Shown here one piece after another: positions 6,422 to 14,163 of a DNA stretch of 32,000 bases; within the stretch, counting starts at the first letter, position 1; each line of letters opens with the position of its first letter. The translations under genes and the position numbers were made by a program. The stretch covers positions 360,001-392,000 of the forward strand of contig CP064967.1 in assembly GCA_016699265.1 (NCBI GenBank). Reading direction: 5' to 3'. The DNA comes from Candidatus Saccharimonadota bacterium. GTDB lineage: Bacteria; Patescibacteriota; Microgenomatia; UBA1406; GWC2-37-13. The notes beneath the pieces are model-generated. The model did not search any database. It saw only the letters and a program-made list of their open reading frames with translations, and was not told the DNA's origin.

Positions 6422-7297
6422 ATGTACACCCATACACTAAAAAAACTTCCCAAAGGAACATTTGAGATAACGGTCAAGATGCCGTGGGCGATGATCGAGA
6501 AGGAAACTGAAAAAGCTTTTCAGACCCTAGCAGAGATGCTCGAGGTTGAAGGATACCGAAAAGGAAAAGCACCCAAGGAACTTGCTAAAAAGCAGATAAA
6601 GAAAGAAGCGATCTATCAGCAGATCATTCGAACGCTCTTTCCGGACATATATGCCGAGATAATCAAGAAGGAAGAATTGAAGCCGGCAATCTCTCCCCGT
6701 GTTGATCTTAAGCAAGCGAAAGAAAACGAGGACTGGGAACTGGTCTTTACACTTGCAGAAAAACCATCTGTAAAATTGGGAGACTACAAAAAGACGCTTG
6801 CAGACATTAAGGTAAAAAGAGGCAAGGCAGATATATGGGTTCCGGGTACTGAGGCCAAACCTGTGGATGATGACAAGGAAAAGGCGCGAAAGCAGCAGGA
6901 ACTCTTAAACGAGATGCTAACCGCATTGCTACAATTGTCAACTGTCGAGATTTCTGAGTTTATTCTTGAAGAAGAACTGAACAGCAGACTGTCACGCCTT
7001 GTTGACGATATTCAGAAGCTAGGAATGAACACAGAGACCTATCTACAGTCCAAAAATATCACCATGGAGCAGCTACGAGAGCAGTTCCTCAAGGAGATTG
7101 TTGAGACACATAGTCTTGAGTTTGCTCTAAACGAGATTGCTGAAAAAGAAAATATTTCGGTAGAAAATGATGAGCTTGAAAAACTTTTTGTTTCAATTAA
7201 AGATAACAAAGAGCGCGTTGCAGCGATGCAAAATGCATACTACTACGCCGCTCTATTACGCAAACAGAAAACACTTGATTTTCTCTTAGGCTTATAG
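6422..7297 (+). CDS. tig: trigger factor lacking the central PPIase (FKBP) domain (291 aa)
   Basis: The N-terminal ribosome-binding signature GYRKGKAP (GFRxGxxP) is present. The C-terminal arm region is helical and charged. The length is about 140 aa shorter than canonical trigger factor. Confidence 0.75.
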   Translation: MYTHTLKKLPKGTFEITVKMPWAMIEKETEKAFQTLAEMLEVEGYRKGKAPKELAKKQIKKEAIYQQIIRTLFPDIYAEIIKKEELKPAISPRVDLKQAKENEDWELVFTLAEKPSVKLGDYKKTLADIKVKRGKADIWVPGTEAKPVDDDKEKARKQQELLNEMLTALLQLSTVEISEFILEEELNSRLSRLVDDIQKLGMNTETYLQSKNITMEQLREQFLKEIVETHSLEFALNEIAEKENISVENDELEKLFVSIKDNKERVAAMQNAYYYAALLRKQKTLDFLLGL

Positions 7298-7309
7298 TAA
7301 AATTCAGCC

Positions 7310-7963
7310 ATGAGTTCGCAACAGGCCACGAAGGCCAAAAAGCACAATCCGAATCTCCTTGAAAAGAACCCACTCGAGACAATAGCCGATCTGGGTAGCT
7401 CCTCTGTGAAAAATACAGCACGTGAGCTTGGTGGTATTGCCAGTGGAGTTTTCGATCAGTTTATGGGCGATGCCGACTACATCGATTATGAACAAGATTT
7501 GCAGTTTAATCACAGTGAGAAAACCACAAATCGCCCAAAGGGCGATCGCCCTCTGGGCGAAAAGAAGGAAACGAAACCTGTTTTTAGATTTCACGAACAT
7601 CACGAGAACCATACGGTAAAACAAGAGATTGTAGAGATCCAGCAGCTTATTCAACAGGTGAAGCAAGAGATTAAGATGATTAAGCAACAGAATCAGTCGA
7701 TGCTTGCTGAGGTTAAGGACGTAGAGAAACTAACACTTAGCTCATCTCGGGAAAGTACTAAACCTTATGACGCTTCTTTTCTTGAGGTAATATTATCGCT
7801 GTTGAAAACTATTAGACTTAAGATCGGTGAATCAAATACGTGGTTGCAGGCAATGGTCTCTAAACGTAAAAAAAGAGGGTCGGCATTTGCAGTACGTACA
7901 AAGTCTATGGGTACGCAGTACTCCCTCTCCCAAGAACTTCAGGTCACCAGAAACGTACAATGA
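7310..7963 (+). CDS. hypothetical protein (217 aa) with a central Q/K/E-rich coiled-coil
   Basis: ORF directly after tig, with TAAAAT 6 nt upstream of the ATG. No family recognised with confidence. Confidence 0.65.
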   Translation: MSSQQATKAKKHNPNLLEKNPLETIADLGSSSVKNTARELGGIASGVFDQFMGDADYIDYEQDLQFNHSEKTTNRPKGDRPLGEKKETKPVFRFHEHHENHTVKQEIVEIQQLIQQVKQEIKMIKQQNQSMLAEVKDVEKLTLSSSRESTKPYDASFLEVILSLLKTIRLKIGESNTWLQAMVSKRKKRGSAFAVRTKSMGTQYSLSQELQVTRNVQ

Positions 7964-7968
7964 CCCTT

Positions 7969-8052
7969 CGTATACCGTATAACGTATTTCGTATATCGAT
8001 TGCGCATTTCGTTCATACGAAATACCAGATACCAAATTCGAGATACGAGTCT
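7969..8052. repeat. degenerate heptanucleotide tandem array (12 units in one 7-nt phase)
   Basis: The units read CGTATAC CGTATAA CGTATTT CGTATAT CGATTGC GCATTTC GTTCATA CGAAATA CCAGATA CCAAATT CGAGATA CGAGTCT. The array contains the 11-bp inverted repeat GTATTTCGTAT / ATACGAAATAC. Confidence 0.7.
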
Positions 8053-8626
8053 ATTCAAGCGCTCGTATAAACGTATTTACTCCATTTGCCCAGCTACCGT
8101 TTGATGATGGTGTGTACTTTGCCATAATTTGCTCTGTCGTGGTTAGCCCTTTGTCTATGTAATAGGTTTTAATACCCTTTGAAACCGCCATAATAGCGTC
8201 TTGGTATGAGTCAAATCGCGTAACGGTTGTTCCGTAAATTCCCCAACCCCAACAGTTATACGAGTTGTTTGGTATTACTCTACAGAGTCCAGATTCCTGC
8301 ATTGCAATGGCCGGAAGCAGTCTATAATCAAACTCATACTTGTCAGCCGTAGTTACAATAAATTCTGCATCATCATAAAGTGGTGAGTTATATTTCCTAA
8401 AAAAGCGTTTAAGATTTGCCACTCTTGCGTCCCCTAGTTTTACCTCAGCAGTTACGCCTTCGTTAGCAAAGGATTGATCAAATTCGTACGACGCATCAAT
8501 CTCATTCAGAATAGTATTTGCGGCCGATACTCGTTTTACTTTTTGCACGTAACGTAAGGCGATTATTAGGTTTGCGACTACGAGTATAGTAAACAACCCA
8601 ATCCAAAAAATAGACCGCTTTCTCAT
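8051..8626 (-). CDS. membrane-anchored glucosaminidase/lysozyme-like cell-wall hydrolase (191 aa)
   Basis: N-terminal TM helix. LPAIAMQESGLC...YNCWGWG motif. It is a paralog of 5801-6376 and has the same length. Confidence 0.55.
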   Translation of the reverse strand: MRKRSIFWIGLFTILVVANLIIALRYVQKVKRVSAANTILNEIDASYEFDQSFANEGVTAEVKLGDARVANLKRFFRKYNSPLYDDAEFIVTTADKYEFDYRLLPAIAMQESGLCRVIPNNSYNCWGWGIYGTTVTRFDSYQDAIMAVSKGIKTYYIDKGLTTTEQIMAKYTPSSNGSWANGVNTFIRALE

Positions 8627-8680
8627 GCTCTTACTATAGCTAAAAAGACACGCTGATTCAACCGTTCGGCAGGCTCAGGG

Positions 8681-9271
8681 TTAAGCCCGTTTACCCTTTG
8701 GAAAGCGATAAAAATAGGAGTCAAATGGGTGACTTTGTACAACGCGTGTGATGTATTTGTCGCAGGTAGGGATTTTGAATCCATGAGAAATAACGAGGGT
8801 TGAGGAATTCATCTCTTTTTTAAGTTGTGGCGCTATCTTAGCCAAAAGTTTGGGCATGAGAAATATATAAAGAACGTTATATCCCACAAATGATTGTTTA
8901 AAGATGTTTCGATTTTCAAAGTTAATGTTTTTTAATTTTTTTAAGTTTGCAAGAATACGCGCCTTCGCAAGAACAATGGGATTGATGTCGATGCCAAGTC
9001 CGGTACTCTTATACTTTTCTGCCGCTATACGAAGGAATCTCCCGTCGCCACATCCAAGCTCTAAGATTTTTGTTTTACGATTTGGTTTGATAAGCGCAAG
9101 CAGATCTTTGGTTTGTTTTCTACTGGTGGGAACATACGGAGAACCCATCAGTGAAGAATAAATCAGAAAAGCTAAATAGATAGTTATGCTTACTAAAAAA
9201 AACAGCTCTAAAAGCAAAAGGGAGATATATATTACAGGGGCCATAGGTATAGTATAATTAGCTAAGCTCAA
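8681..9271 (-). CDS. class I SAM-dependent methyltransferase with an N-terminal TM helix
   Basis: Motif I is ILELGCGDGRF. The ORF as listed starts at a TTG. The in-frame ATG at 9244 has TATACT 6 nt upstream and is the more likely start. Confidence 0.8.
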   Translation of the reverse strand: MSLANYTIPMAPVIYISLLLLELFFLVSITIYLAFLIYSSLMGSPYVPTSRKQTKDLLALIKPNRKTKILELGCGDGRFLRIAAEKYKSTGLGIDINPIVLAKARILANLKKLKNINFENRNIFKQSFVGYNVLYIFLMPKLLAKIAPQLKKEMNSSTLVISHGFKIPTCDKYITRVVQSHPFDSYFYRFPKGKRA

Positions 9272-9306
9272 ATTTCAAAGTTCAAAGTTCAAATTGAGCG
9301 CTCATA

Positions 9307-9378
9307 GCACCCATAGCTCAACGGATAGAGTACTGGTCTTCGGAACCAGTGATGAGAGTTCGATTCCCTCTGGGTGCA
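9307..9378 (+). tRNA. tRNA-Arg (anticodon TCG)
   Basis: Cloverleaf: acceptor GCACCCA/TGGGTGC, D arm GCTC-AACGGATA-GAGT, anticodon arm CTGGT-CTTCGGA-ACCAG, T arm GAGAG-TTCGATT-CCCTC (one A:C mismatch), discriminator A. Confidence 0.8.
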
Positions 9379-9501
9379 CGTGCGATAGAGTATCCCGATT
9401 TCGATCGGGATGATGAGAGTTCGATTCCCTCTGGGTGCACGTGCGATAGAGTATCCCGATTTCGATCAGGATGATGAGAGTTCGATTCCTCTCTGGGTGC
9501 A
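9379..9501 (+). repeat. two tandem tRNA-Arg-derived partial copies (61 and 62 nt) with the anticodon arm replaced by a UUCG hairpin
   Basis: Each unit reads CGTGC-GATAGAGTA-[TCCCGATTTCGATCGGGA]-TGATGAGAGTTCGATTCCCTCTGGGTGCA. The flanks are identical to the 3' D-loop and to the variable loop, T arm and 3' acceptor of the adjacent tRNA. Copy 2 has one substitution and one 1-nt insertion. Confidence 0.85.
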
Positions 9502-9586
9502 CCGAGTCTAACTCGGCTTCGCTAAGAAGACGATTAGATGAGGTGATCGAGTTTGACTCGACACCAAAAGGTATATACTTTTATTC

Positions 9587-9850
9587 ATGAACAAAACGTC
9601 TGACGTTTTGCATGAAAAATTCTACGTTTACACTCTCTTAAGTTTAAAAGATGGCAAGTTTTACTCTGGTTATACTAATGACTTGAAGAATAGACTAGCG
9701 GAACATGTAGCTGGCAGAGTTAAATCAACCAGATTACGTGCGCCATTTAAGCTTATACACTATGAATATTTTGTAAATATGTCAGATGCAAAAGCGCGAG
9801 AAAAATTTTTAAAAAGTGGATTTGGTGGAAACAACTTAAAGAATCTTTGA
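9587..9850 (+). CDS. GIY-YIG nuclease-superfamily small protein (87 aa)
   Basis: FYVYTLLSLKDGKFYSGYTNDLKNRLAEH carries the GIY...YxG...R..xH signature of stand-alone GIY-YIG proteins. Confidence 0.85.
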   Translation: MNKTSDVLHEKFYVYTLLSLKDGKFYSGYTNDLKNRLAEHVAGRVKSTRLRAPFKLIHYEYFVNMSDAKAREKFLKSGFGGNNLKNL

Positions 9851-9858
9851 AAAGAACA

Positions 9859-10503
9859 CTATTTTTTTAATGACGAGATTATGGAGTCCATTTCTTCAAG
9901 TATTTTAGTATCCGGTCCGATAGGCGTAGTATATGAAATAGCTCCAAATACTGTAGGTGTTTGATAACTATCTGTACCGTAGACGAGAACTGAGTAGTTT
10001 TTCTCACCAGGCTTATTCTGTGCTGACGAATCAATTCTTCTGTACTTCTCCCCTGCAACTCCAACAAAGTCGGTAAATTTGCCGGTATACTCCTGAGCCA
10101 TAGGTCCCTCAACCTTTGCATCTTCAAACGAATACATGGACCCTCCCATATTTGCCTGATAGATTGTAACGATATATCCGTTTTTGGAAATAATGAGTTT
10201 GTCCATGTCCTTCTCTGCGATGCTGTGATCAGATTTCCAGTCCTCCGGTACATCAACTGTGTACTGAGCATGCTCCGCTGAACCTGCCTTTATTTTCAAT
10301 GTTGCTGCCTGTGTAGATGTTGGCAAAACCATAGCCCGAGTTGGAGAAACCTGATTGTCACTAGTAGCGACAACGAACTCTTTCTCTATTTTTGGAGTAG
10401 CCACATTTTTCTGCCCAAGATAGTAGGCGCCACCCGCTATAACACCAAGAATCACTATGACAAGGGCTACCTTTCCAAAAACTTCAAAAAATTTATTTCC
10501 CAT
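9859..10503 (-). CDS. membrane-anchored extracytoplasmic hypothetical protein (214 aa)
   Basis: N-terminal TM helix followed by a soluble domain. No family recognised. Confidence 0.65.
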   Translation of the reverse strand: MGNKFFEVFGKVALVIVILGVIAGGAYYLGQKNVATPKIEKEFVVATSDNQVSPTRAMVLPTSTQAATLKIKAGSAEHAQYTVDVPEDWKSDHSIAEKDMDKLIISKNGYIVTIYQANMGGSMYSFEDAKVEGPMAQEYTGKFTDFVGVAGEKYRRIDSSAQNKPGEKNYSVLVYGTDSYQTPTVFGAISYTTPIGPDTKILEEMDSIISSLKK

Positions 10504-10664
10504 ATGATTGATTGAACGACATTGTAATAAAGCTGATCAAAAGATGCAACGGCTAACGTTATCCGTTTGAAACGAGCGTAATAATCAGGAAAAGGAGATT
10601 TTAATCCAATCTGTTTCTTTAGAAGGTTCGCGTCGGAACTTACTGATATAATCTAATTAGCTAG

Positions 10665-12440
10665 ATGAAAAACATAGGTCGAATTATTACTCTGTCGAAG
10701 CAGTTTAACTCGTGGTTCTTACTCTCAAGCATTCTTATTATGTTTGGAGTACTTCTGAACCTTGCTCTTCCAATTTTTTTCAAACTGATCGTTGATCAGA
10801 TCTCTCTTCAGGTTAGTGGTAAAGGTGGTCAAATAAATACCTTACTTCTCTATACCGCGCTTTTTTTCGTTACTGGAGTCGTCATAAATCTATCTACATC
10901 TATAAGTAATCGTGTTGGAGATCATATCTCGGGAAAGCTTAGGGCTTACTGGACAGAGACTTTTTATTACAAGATACTGACGCTCCCACAAAGCTACTAC
11001 GACAGCGAGATGTCCGGAAAGATTATTAATCAGCTTACACGAGGTTTATTTACAATGCAGGCCTTCATAAACACCGCGACCAACTTCATCATCCCGGCAA
11101 TGCTCCAAGGACTCGTAACGATCATATTTCTATCGTACTATAGTTGGCAAATTGGTCTAATCGTTTTTGCTATCTTTCCGATTTATATACTAATTAGTTA
11201 CTACTCTACAAAACAATGGGGAAAAATAATTCAACTAGAGAATCCAATTGAGGATAAATTGAGATCCCGAATGAGTGAGGTCATAAGCAATATCAAGTTA
11301 GTGAAAAGCTTTATTACCGAACCAATCGAGTTCAATTTCGTGAAAGGGAGCCTAAAGCAAATAAATGGATATTATGCAAAAAGAAGTAAGCAGTTTCACA
11401 TTATCGACTTTGTACGCGAACTTAGTCTGACAATAGTTATTGCGGTAGTTACCTTACTCATTTTTAAAGGAACCTTTGAGAAGCGTTATACGCTTGGCGA
11501 AATGGTTCTTTTACTTCAGCTACTAAATCAGGCAAGATGGCCGCTCTTTGGTATGTCCTTTATACTGGCGAGAATTCAAGAAGCAGAGGCCGGAACGAAG
11601 GAATTTTTTGAGATTATGGATACGCAAGGCTCCGAATCGTTTGAGACGAAGGAAAAGTACTCTTCAAAAAAATTCACCAAAACTAATCTTGAGTTTAAAA
11701 ATGTCGCCTTTACCTATGAAAAATCTCATCCAGTTTTGAAGAATGTTACGTTTACACTTCACAACAAAGAAAAAGCAGCGCTTGTAGGCCACAGTGGAGC
11801 CGGTAAATCAACCATTGTGAATCTTATTCTTAAGTTTTACAACGTTACAAAGGGAGAGATCAAACTCAATAACGAGTCATATAAGAAGATGAGCCACCAA
11901 GTAATAAGAAATAATATTTCTCTTGTGTTTCAGGAGAACGAACTTTTTTCGACAACAGTAAAAGAAAATGTTGCTTACGGAAATCCAACAACAACTGATA
12001 AGCAGGTAATCGAAGCATTAAAGCTCGCCAATGCATGGGACTTTGTGAGCGGTTTCGAAAAAGGAATAGAGACCGAGGTTGGAGAGCGTGGAGTACGTTT
12101 ATCTGGAGGTCAAAAGCAGCGCATTCAGATTGCGCGTGCTATTCTCAAGAACTCCCCCATTTTAATTCTTGATGAGGCAACCTCAAGCTTAGACTCTAAG
12201 TCAGAGATGGAGGTGCAAAAAGGACTGGAAAACCTTATGAAAGATAGACTCACCATCATTATAGCTCACCGATTTTCAACTATACAAAATGTAGATACGA
12301 TTCTGGTCATAGAGGACGGCAAAATCTCCCAGCAGGGTAATCCGAAGGAGCTATCTACCAAGCCGGGAGTATATAAGGATCTTCTCACTTATCAGATACA
12401 GGGAAATGAGAAACTGCTCAAGCAGTTTGGTTTACACTGA
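10665..12440 (+). CDS. ABC exporter, fused permease/ATPase (MsbA/multidrug type, 591 aa)
   Basis: Six-helix TMD followed by an NBD with Walker A GHSGAGKST, signature LSGGQKQR, Walker B ILILDEATS and an H-loop. Confidence 0.95.
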   Translation: MKNIGRIITLSKQFNSWFLLSSILIMFGVLLNLALPIFFKLIVDQISLQVSGKGGQINTLLLYTALFFVTGVVINLSTSISNRVGDHISGKLRAYWTETFYYKILTLPQSYYDSEMSGKIINQLTRGLFTMQAFINTATNFIIPAMLQGLVTIIFLSYYSWQIGLIVFAIFPIYILISYYSTKQWGKIIQLENPIEDKLRSRMSEVISNIKLVKSFITEPIEFNFVKGSLKQINGYYAKRSKQFHIIDFVRELSLTIVIAVVTLLIFKGTFEKRYTLGEMVLLLQLLNQARWPLFGMSFILARIQEAEAGTKEFFEIMDTQGSESFETKEKYSSKKFTKTNLEFKNVAFTYEKSHPVLKNVTFTLHNKEKAALVGHSGAGKSTIVNLILKFYNVTKGEIKLNNESYKKMSHQVIRNNISLVFQENELFSTTVKENVAYGNPTTTDKQVIEALKLANAWDFVSGFEKGIETEVGERGVRLSGGQKQRIQIARAILKNSPILILDEATSSLDSKSEMEVQKGLENLMKDRLTIIIAHRFSTIQNVDTILVIEDGKISQQGNPKELSTKPGVYKDLLTYQIQGNEKLLKQFGLH

Positions 12441-12519
12441 GCCTGCCGAAGGGTTTACACTGAAAGGCCAATCCACTCTCTAGACCCACTCAAAAGCTAC
12501 ATTATTATAGGTCTTTCTC

Positions 12520-12528
12520 TGGTATAAT
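12520..12528 (+). promoter_or_regulatory. extended -10 element TGGTATAAT, 6 nt upstream of the ATG at 12535 (leaderless-type)
   Basis: Read directly. There is no SD-like sequence between it and the start codon. Confidence 0.5.
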
Positions 12529-12534
12529 ATACAT

Positions 12535-14163
12535 ATGGCAGAGCTATCTCGATCTGCAAGATCTGAATCAACCAAAACTACAGAGCGAAAGGCCTTTATT
12601 CATGCTGTGCCTCGTCGTGCAATCGAGATAATTCAAAACCCCTCATTTCTTCAGTACACTCGCGATCACATACTAGAGTTTAAACACCGCATAGCGGGAA
12701 GTGACTATACAAACGAAGATAAAGACTTCATCCTTAGAGCACTTGATTTATCAATTGTCGCCTATCAAGATAATGACGACACTAGACTGAGGCAGCGAAA
12801 ACAGACTGTGCAGTATGGTGGTAAAGACGTCAATATTCCCTATGTCGAACATCCACTCTCAGTAGCCGCGGCAATGATGGGTGAACCAAGAACTATTAAG
12901 TTACATAGCACGGATACACAGGACAAAGATGCGATCGAGATTATTGTGAGACAGGATCCGTATCGGGCAGAAGATGTTGTCGCTGCTTTGCTCCATGACG
13001 TAATGGAAGATTCGAAATTACGATTAAAAGACGGTGGTATTCTCCGTGGTGAGAAGGCATGGACGACGCTTATGAGGGACTATTTTTCCGAAGTTCGCCC
13101 TGAATTGGTAGATGCGACAATCACCATTATTAAGGCAGTAACCAAATATGAAACCATTCCAACCGGACTACTACGCATAATAGAGCAGTCCCCCGCATAT
13201 GTCGCTACCATTCAGTTAATAGAGACGCATATGGCGCGCACAAAGAGTTCGGAAGAGATTCATAAAGAAGTGGGTCGCTCTTTGTCAGATATTCACAAGA
13301 TGATAACTACTTGTTTTGGTATGGGTGACGATATTCATTTTGATGAACAAAGTTTTCAAAATTTCTTTAGCGCATTAGCGATCAAATGTCATGACGTTGA
13401 GCACAATCTTGAGGATAGAAAAGTACGAGATGACAAGTTGGTAAGAGCTCATATTCTCGCTTCTTTCGCGCGTTTATACGGACTACCCGTTGCGTCACGT
13501 ATTGCGGCTCATCTGATTGTGAGTAATCAGTTTGATATGTTCTGGGGTATGGGAGATCATGAGCGAAATCTCTTAGAAGGCAAGGAAACAGTGCGACTTT
13601 ATGGACAGTTTGAGAAAGAACGACATCGTCCAACCTTCATGATTGACGGAGAACCGCTTAAGGTTGATGCTTTGCAGATACCAATTCTTACTCCAGACGA
13701 AATTAGTACACCAGGTCCAACGAAAGCTGAAGAATTTAGATCCGTACTTCAGTATCGTATCACAGTATTAAATCCGAATGTTCTGGCCCAAATTAAGACC
13801 CGTTTCAATATGGCCGATGAATATAGTGAACCAATGAATATCGAGTATGAAGGAAAACGGTTTGTGGGTTATCCAGTACGCGAACCAATTCACGATGTCA
13901 TTCTTGATTCCGGTAGAGAGTGCTATTACTTCAATGTATACAGCACCACTGGAAGAGGTAAAAACCTTAAAAAACGTTTAGCTGGTATTTATCGTTTTCA
14001 GGATACGGGTCCTTCAGCCCACGATGTTTTAAAGCTTGGGAGTCGTGTTGAAGCGCGAGATGTACCCGAAACACAGATAATTCAGAAGATGTATGACGGT
14101 GATCCAGAGTCTTCTATGGATCTTCTCTCAATCGTGTGTGAGGCAAGCGCTTATCTGAACTAA
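12535..14163 (+). CDS. HD-domain protein related to the RelA/SpoT (p)ppGpp hydrolase domain, with a long uncharacterised C-terminal region (542 aa)
   Basis: HPLSVAAAM ... AALLHDVMEDS ... KCHDVEHNLEDR resemble the RSH hydrolase motifs (HP..VA, LLHD..ED, DR.HN). No synthetase motifs were seen. About 250 C-terminal residues are unassigned. Confidence 0.7.
   Translation: MAELSRSARSESTKTTERKAFIHAVPRRAIEIIQNPSFLQYTRDHILEFKHRIAGSDYTNEDKDFILRALDLSIVAYQDNDDTRLRQRKQTVQYGGKDVNIPYVEHPLSVAAAMMGEPRTIKLHSTDTQDKDAIEIIVRQDPYRAEDVVAALLHDVMEDSKLRLKDGGILRGEKAWTTLMRDYFSEVRPELVDATITIIKAVTKYETIPTGLLRIIEQSPAYVATIQLIETHMARTKSSEEIHKEVGRSLSDIHKMITTCFGMGDDIHFDEQSFQNFFSALAIKCHDVEHNLEDRKVRDDKLVRAHILASFARLYGLPVASRIAAHLIVSNQFDMFWGMGDHERNLLEGKETVRLYGQFEKERHRPTFMIDGEPLKVDALQIPILTPDEISTPGPTKAEEFRSVLQYRITVLNPNVLAQIKTRFNMADEYSEPMNIEYEGKRFVGYPVREPIHDVILDSGRECYYFNVYSTTGRGKNLKKRLAGIYRFQDTGPSAHDVLKLGSRVEARDVPETQIIQKMYDGDPESSMDLLSIVCEASAYLN

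Noticed and set aside
7832-8035. 67-aa minus-strand ORF.
   Set aside because: It overlaps the 3' end of the 217-aa gene and the heptamer repeat array. Its Tyr/Glu/Arg-rich peptide is a translation artefact of the CGTAT repeats.
9379-9501. Possible mini CRISPR array, because of regularly spaced hairpin repeats.
   Set aside because: There are only two units and the sequences between the hairpins are identical tRNA-derived segments, not unique spacers. No cas genes are present, and the unit structure is fully explained as tRNA-derived.
9302-9502. 66-aa minus-strand ORF from the track. The same applies to the 80-aa plus-strand ORF at 4295-4537.
   Set aside because: Both lie entirely over tRNA genes and tRNA-derived repeats. 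Their peptide repeats simply mirror the DNA repeats, so they are not coding.
9200-9900. Integrated mobile element or defence island at the tRNA-Arg locus.
   Set aside because: No integrase, transposase, phage, restriction-modification or other recognisable defence gene flanks the tRNA. The neighbours are a methyltransferase with a TM anchor and a small stand-alone GIY-YIG protein, which is not enough to call a mobile element.
10592-10597. Strong Shine-Dalgarno-like AAGGAG in the spacer upstream of the ABC exporter.
   Set aside because: No ATG, GTG or TTG lies at a suitable distance downstream, and the ABC gene start is 68 nt away with its own extended -10.
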